A DNA stretch of 59,011 bases, counting the filler, from Squatina squatina (taxonomy: Eukaryota): NCBI GenBank assembly GCA_031763465.1. It is 4 parts of 4 records of this genome, joined end to end, with 100 filler letters (N's around TTAATTAATTAA, not from the genome) between each part and the next. Parts side by side here need not be neighbours in the genome. Positions count along the whole stretch, not along the records: positions 44,472 to 59,011 come from JARFOE010000005.1; 3 more parts are not named here. The stretch is one strand, 5' to 3'. A program made the position numbers and the translations under genes. Shown here piece by piece: positions 52,430-59,011 of the stretch (the first letter of the stretch is position 1; every line of letters begins with the position of its first letter). Under the pieces are notes generated by a model, which saw only the letters and a program-made list of their open reading frames with translations, was not told the origin of the DNA and did no database searches.

Positions 52430-52935
52430 ATACAGCACAGAAGGCATGCTTGTGCCAGTTCTTTGAAGGAGCTGTACAATTAGTCCCACTACCTTGCACT
52501 TTCCCCATGACTTTGACTTTTTTTTCCTTTTTCAAGTATTTATCCAATTCCCCTTTGAAAGTTACTATGGAATTTGCTTCCACCACCCTTTCAGGCAGTG
52601 CATTCCGGATAATAAAAAATTCTCCTTATCTCCCCTGGTTCTGTTGCCAATTGTTGTCAATCTGTGTCTTCTGGTTACCGACCCTCCTGCTGTTNNNNNN
52701 NNNNATTCGGCCCATCGTGCCTGTGCCGGCTCTTTGAAAGAGCGATCCAATTAGTCCCATTCCCCCTGCTCTTTTCCCACAGACCCGTAAATTTTTCCGC
52801 CTTCAAGTATTTTATCCAATTCCCTTTTAAAAGTTATTATTGTAAATGTGATCTCCCCTCTGGTTCTTTTGCCTATTACCTTCAATCTGTGTCTTCTGGT
52901 TACCGACCCTCCTGCTGTTGGGAACAGTTTCTCTT
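52430..52935 (-). mobile_element. Two adjacent CR1 3'-end fragments separated by a 10-N gap
   Basis: Both contain gtgcc.g.tctttgaa.gagc...caattagtccca...ttcaagtattt.atccaattccc.ttt, the reverse complement of the CR1 tail seen at 17889-18133. Confidence 0.7.
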
Positions 52936-55549
52936 TATCAACACTAGTTCTGTAGTTCTTTGGGCTTAAAATTACCCTGCTTAATCATTTTAATTTTGCC
53001 ATTCAAATTTGCACATTCAGTAATTTATCTTCCTGCAAATTCAACTTGCTCCCAATTTCAAAGAACTTAAATTTAAAAACATCGACTGCAGGACACTGAC
53101 CATGTTTGGTGATAAAATTCTAATCGTGTTCATATGTGACCGTTGACTGAAAGAGTCAATCACAAATTTGTGCATGTCATAGGAATTGGCAGTAAGTTTG
53201 TCTGGAATCAGTTATCGAAATGAATCAAATGTTAGCAAAATAAAACAGGATTATCTTTCTTGTAAAATGTAAACATTTATCCATGTGCTTGTCAAAGATT
53301 GTGTAATCCAATGACACTATTACAATTTATAACACACACTGTTATTTTATGAACTACAACATACTTGTGACATTGTTGTGAGAAGACTAGTTGTTGCCAG
53401 TATACATCATTCATTGTGTTGGGAAAAAGCTGAAAATTTATCAATGTAAGCTATCCCACTTCAACAGCAAGCTGTTAGCAGCAATTTCTTAAATACATTT
53501 AGCCTGAGGTATCTGTTGTTGGTTAGAATGACAACTTAAAATCCCAGTCCTGATAAATTCAAAATGCTCACAAGGATAATTCCAGTTTAGATGAATTTTA
53601 TTTGTTGGGAAATCCTTACACCAAAAAACTGCCACATGCATTAATAATATAATAGAACAGGGGAAACAATATTTGTACAATAGATTACCAGATGAACGTG
53701 CAGCGTAGGTCATCTTAGTATGAATAAATGGGGGCCAGAACTGCTATTTACCCTCAGATTTGTCTCAGTGATATACATAGTAAGAGTTTAGCATTGTGAT
53801 GAGCCTGTTAAAGGATCAGTTTAAGAAGCACTCTTTTTACAAGGGATTAAATGGATCCTGTGAATAAACATCCGATGAGAACACAGATTTTGGTGTCCAA
53901 TTTAAATTTTTGCAATATTTGTATTGTGTTGCATGTTTGAGATTTATTTAGAAAGCTCCTATTTATTTCAAGGAGTAGAGTTTCCGCTGTGGGCACAATC
54001 GGCAATCTGGGTGCAGATTGCGCCGGCTTTCTGAATTGATCTTATGGTTCAAGTTTACACCCAAACTCATTTGCACAATCACACATGTAAAATCTTCCAT
54101 GAACTAGCACAATCAGGTAGTATTTTAAGCACACAATTTTTAATTTTTTTTTCACCCTTGCATCAAAAAATATTCTGAGACATATTTGAGGGGGTAACCT
54201 GGTGCAGGTTTGTTAATCCAGCTGAAAGTGAGTTTATCACAAATACAAGCATTTTTAATGAATGTCTAGACCACTACCTGTGAGTAACCTGATTTTCAAT
54301 AACTGAAAAAGGCTTAAAAAAAAACTATCCAGAACCATTTACTAGTTTCATTCGTAGTCAGTTTTAGTAAATTAATTTTTTTTAATATTTAAAAACTTTA
54401 AAAAAGGGTGCCTATTAATGCCCTCGTGCTCCCAAAAAAGCTTAATTATAAGAGCCTCCTCAAACAGATGCTATTAGCTGAAACTCGCCATGCTGATTAT
54501 TTTGATCTGGGGACGTGACCAGTTTTGTGGGCGGGGTCGGCTTCCGCTTCCAGCGCAATGGTTTTTAAACTAACGCAAAAGATCATGGAATCTTGATTTG
54601 CACTGTATGCAACTTGCACTTGTCATTTTTTGTGCTGAGTTCGGCCAAACACTGGCAAAGCTCGACCTTCTTCCGTCCTTATGCTAATCCGAATAAAAAG
54701 ATTTTGGTTGTTTTGCTTCCACTGCCATTTACACCATACACATATCGGGGTCTAAATTGGCATGTTCGCACGAAGACAGTGGCATACACGAGAGCATTGT
54801 ACTAAGACTGGGGAATAAGCTATCAGATATAAATCTGTAGCACTGTCCATCAGGATTATATACTGCGTTGACTAGATTGCTGGAAATTTGAGGGAAAAGC
54901 ACAATGAAGAATTTACCCACAGAGCGCCTTCATGGTCACTGTGGTGACTTGTGACCACCATTTGCAGTAACATTGTGGTCAGTGGAAATAGTGGAGCATT
55001 GTAGGATACAGCAATCCCGCCACAGTATTCACTGCTTACACCACTGGGACACTTANNNNNNNNNNNNNNNNNNNNNNNNNNNNNNNNNNNNNNNNNNNNN
55101 NNNNNNNNNNNNNNNNNNNNNNNNNNNNNNNNNNNNNNNNNNNNNNNNNNNNNNNCCTGACAACATCCCTGCTTGTGTTCTCCTGTGTAATGTGCAGTCA
55201 GGTTGCGTTGTTCTCCTGGGGAGGTCCCTTCCACCCTCTGGAAGGGAAGAGAATCACCCTACGTGCCGTGACTTCCTCCATAAGCACATGGAGGGAGTCA
55301 TGGGAGAACCTGGGTGCAGCCGGGCACCTCTGTGCAGTGTTTGCAGCACCTTAATGCTGTAGAACACTGACAGCAGAACTGGCAAAATAAATTTGAGCAT
55401 GGTCCCTTTAAGGAAACCTGCTGATGACATGTCATCAAGTGACATCATCAGACCCACTTCCTTCAACTGGGTGGGCTTCACAAGCCCAATCACGGTAAAA
55501 TCATTCTATAGAGCGGGCTGGAGCCAGAAGCGGGGTTGGGACCCACCAC

Positions 55550-55597
55550 CGACCCCAGCCGCACCGGAGCAGACGACCCCAGCCGCACCGGAGCAGA
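55550..55597. repeat. Perfect 24-bp tandem duplication inside a GC-rich repeat
   Basis: cgaccccagccgcaccggagcaga x2. Confidence 0.9.
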
Positions 55598-58574
55598 CAA
55601 GGTAGGGGAAATCGTGGTCCTATCCCTATAAGTGGCTGTAAGCTTTTAAATCGTGTTGTAGTACATTTCCTGCCTCCAGATGGATGAGCTCCCAATCAGA
55701 TGTTGCTAATATCTAGAGCTTGTCCACAATTTTCAAATTAGGCTGACTCTGAAACCTTCAACAGGGTCAGTCACTGGAGTAGTCAGACAGGCAGAAGTTG
55801 CACTGCACCGCAGTTCCAATGGTAATCGCACTGAAAGGGAAAATCGGCTCCAGATTCATCGATTATTTACACTATAATCGTGGATCTTTTTCTTGGACTC
55901 TAACAATTTACTGTTGTAATCTAATCTTTTGTATTCTCTGATCTACCCTTTTCTCTCATCCTCCCTTCCCATCCCACTGTATACTCTGTATAGCTATTGC
56001 TCATGGAACTTCCTGCCATGCTACTTCATGGCTCAAGTTGCAAAAGGCACAGTAAAAGGTCTGAGGGATTCTCCAAGGCTGGACACTGCAGACACTTTTT
56101 TTTTTCCTTACCTTGGTCTTCAGGGCAGACAGCCTGACTGAATCCAGGAATTTAACTTTGGGGTTTCCACTGGCTGTGTGAGACCTGAATATTGGGAGCT
56201 GGAGGTCCCATGACCACTAAAGCCATTACAAACACATCTTAAGTTTCACCTTGATCAGGGCTGATCTACTCACTGGATAAACGTACTGAGCTATTGGCAG
56301 ATCTCCTTAATGAATAGTCGATGAACAGAATAGTGCCTTCAAAGAAAATCTAGTTCGTAACCTGTCATTTATAAAAAATTAATATGGGAAATTTAACTTT
56401 TTCAGGGCAGTGGGAAAACTACTTTAGCAAAGGCCATCTGCAGAGAAGCAGCAGATAAACTGGAAGCACATGTGGAAATTATTGACTGTAAAACCTTGCG
56501 AGGTAAGAATAGATAAATTACAATTATAGAAAAAATGAGCTCTCCCACTGAGTTCAAAGTACAATGAAGGAAGCTTTTTAATACATTAAGATGCAGTATA
56601 ATTTTGGAGAAAATAGAATGCATTCATTTCAAGACAAGCAAGACATGGAATATTCTGCGTCACTCTCTTTTCAAATGCTCAAATATGACAAATCTCATTA
56701 ATCTGTACCTATTTATGAATATGTGAGCAGATGTCATGCAATTAAAACTTCAGATACCATCAGGGGATAAGNNNNNNNNNNACCCTAAATAATAAGACAA
56801 TTAAGATTCAGTCTGATTAGGACAGAAAGGAACAATCAATAACTAACAAGGATATTGGGTGTTAACTTTTTTGAAGCTATATTTAGTCTTTTGCCAGCAT
56901 GAAGTGCTTCTGCACTTCTTTACTTGCATTGTTAGGCACCTGTTTAATTATCAAGCCTGATCGCTCCCATATTTTTCCAGTCGAATTAACTAGGACTGCA
57001 ACAGAAATTAAATGGATGCTTCACAGGCCCATAGCTTGCTTCAAGGAAAAATAAACGGCTCATTTTTACTCTAAACAACGTGCGAGAGAGCCATTTTCAT
57101 AACTTCTGTTTTGGGTTGAAATCTCTCTGTTGCATTACACCATAAAGTAACTGTAATGATCTATAATTTGATTAGTGTTCCTTCTGTACGTATAGTCCCT
57201 CTTTCTGTCAGATTGCTAGTCCAATTTCATAGCGGTCATAAAGGCACAGTACAAAGTATTCCCAGTCTCTCAACAGCTATTCTACAGTTGAAAAACATGC
57301 TAATTTTGGGTTCTATTATTTATGTTTTCTTGAAAGACATTCTTTAAATATTACTTGGAATGATTCTAGAATTATTACATTTCAAACTCAACAAAATATT
57401 TATGGTGAAAGTGGCCTGTTACAGTCGTTTAGAACTGAATTGATTTGATCCTCAGTTAATATGTTGGGATTGATGTAGGGAAAGGTAAATTGCTCATGGT
57501 GCAATATTTGTAAGAAACCCCTTGGCTTTACCTAATGCAAGTGCATTGTCTTGAATGAGCTCTCTGGGAAAACACCACATTTTTTGTTGAGAACAGCGAA
57601 TTTCAATTATTTTAAGGAACTTTAAATTGGACGGCTTAGCTTCTGATCAGTGGCAAATTAAGAAGCCATCTAAATATTGGACACAAACAGCTCAGGAGAA
57701 ACGGAGCCATTAGCATCTAATTAATACATGAAGTGCCTTTCTGGCCACATCACAAAATATGAAACTTGGTGCGTATATTGGTGAAGAGCGATTTGCATAT
57801 TGCACTGATTCTATATTGGGTTATCGAACNNNNNNNNNNNNNNNNNNNNNNNNNNNNNNNNNNNNNNNNNNNNNNNNNNNNNNNNNNNNNNNNNNNNNNN
57901 NNNNNNNNNNNNNNNNNNNNNNNNNNNNNATCAGGATTGGTTGAAATCAGGACGTAAACTTGGTCTTGTCAACCTTTTAGAAATTTGCTTTTTGCATGGT
58001 CTTGTCAACAAGCGAAACCTCTCTTTGCATCTAACATTTGCTTTATCTCTTTTGGAACAGTAATGCTCAGCTCAGTCTCCAACAGTAGCAACACATTTGC
58101 TGTTGTCAAGGGACTTAATTTGCCTGGACAACGTCACCTTATGGCACATTAGCGAGCACAAAGGCCCTAGTTTCCCTAGGTGCCACCTTTGTTAAAGCTT
58201 TCAGTTCAGTATGTGTGACTAGTTAAGTGAAAATGACAGTGTTGTAACTGTGATGTATGCAATGTTGTCCAGATGAGGCCTGTAGAGTTATTCACGTATT
58301 CATCCTGTTGAGTGGGTCGACATTTGTCATGCAAAGTCAACTGGAATTCCAAGGATGTGGGACATTAGATCGTCCTTGTTTAACGGTATATAGGGTTACT
58401 ATTTAGTTGGAAAGCTGTGGTATTTCTTTCCTAATGATCTATTGAAGTGCTTTAACTTAGTTTCATCTGTTCAAAATCATTGAAATTTACGGATAAGCAA
58501 TAAAATGTAACATTTTAAATGCTGACTCGTCAGGTGAAATTTAATTTTGTTTCTCTCTAATGGCTGTTGCTGTT

Positions 58575-58865
58575 TCCCCCGTTTACACCCTATCTAGATT
58601 TAATATGTTTCTTAATATGGCCATTACCACCTCTGATTGTCCTTGCATCATCTCTTAATCTCTTCTGCTTTCCACCCTGTCACTGACCTCCCTTTTGTTC
58701 TTTCCTTCCCCCCTACCTTTCCCTGCCCCTGCACTTGCTTGAAAACCTACTGCATTTCTGGCTTTTATCAGTTCTGACAACGGGTCATCGACCCAAAACG
58801 TTAACGCTGTTTCTCTCTCCACAGATGCTGCCTGACCCGCTGAGTTTTTCCAGCATTTTTTGTTT
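58575..58865 (+). mobile_element. Penelope-like pseudo-LTR fragment with mutated hammerhead core (58770-58805)
   Basis: Same family as 32570-32875; agttCTGACAAcgggtcatcgacccAAAAcgttaac has G>A changes at both core CpGs. Confidence 0.7.
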
Positions 58866-59011
58866 ACATAGCCTGTTCTCTAGTTGGTTCCTCAATGTAC
58901 TGGTCTTAAAAAAACCATCTCCTACACACGCCAGGAATTCATTCTCCACTGTATTATTGCTAATTTGTTTGGGCCAATCTATATGTAGATTAAAGTCACC
59001 CATGATTACTG
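58866..59011 (-). mobile_element. CR1 LINE endonuclease fragment
   Basis: VIMGDFNLHIDWPKQISNNTVENEFLACVGDGF (APE GDFN motif). Confidence 0.85.

Noticed and set aside
52657-52919. Identical ~38-bp sequence (tcaatctgtgtcttctggttaccgaccctcctgctgtt) on both sides of a 10-N gap, suggestive of a CRISPR-like or tandem repeat
   Set aside because: Only two copies, inside CR1 3'-end fragments, one ending exactly at a contig break; most likely an assembly overlap or a simple TE duplication.

Overview
Eukaryotic draft-genome sequence, not prokaryotic. It is almost certainly a cartilaginous fish (shark), judged from the repeat content (Deu-domain SacSINE1-like SINE, CR1/L2/RTE LINEs, Harbinger, Penelope-type repeats) and vertebrate spliced exons. 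Four scaffolds are concatenated by artificial N-TTAATTAATTAA-N linkers (12732-12831, 28567-28666, 44372-44471), and each has many 100-N gaps of unknown true size. Scaffold 1: two STAU2 exons (+) with a decayed Harbinger transposase in the intron. Scaffold 2: the 3' end of an LTR element with a frameshifted envelope-like glycoprotein, two SLC8A3 (NCX3) exons (+), the last two exons of a DESI2-like gene (-) and the last two exons of MED6 (-). Scaffold 3: one LUZP2 exon and three ANO3 exons (all -), plus Penelope-type repeats with hammerhead-ribozyme cores. Scaffold 4: no recognisable exons, only repeats and CNE-like unique DNA. Best leads: (1) an env-like, fusion-protein-like ORF followed by a PPT and LTR, possibly from a lokiretrovirus-like or other unusual lineage; (2) minimal type I hammerhead ribozymes in Penelope pseudo-LTRs, one in sense orientation just inside an ANO3 intron; (3) a DESI2 paralogue in the SLC8A3/MED6 neighbourhood, a possible retained 2R ohnologue. 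Gene identities rest on my recall of the vertebrate protein sequences, not on a database search.
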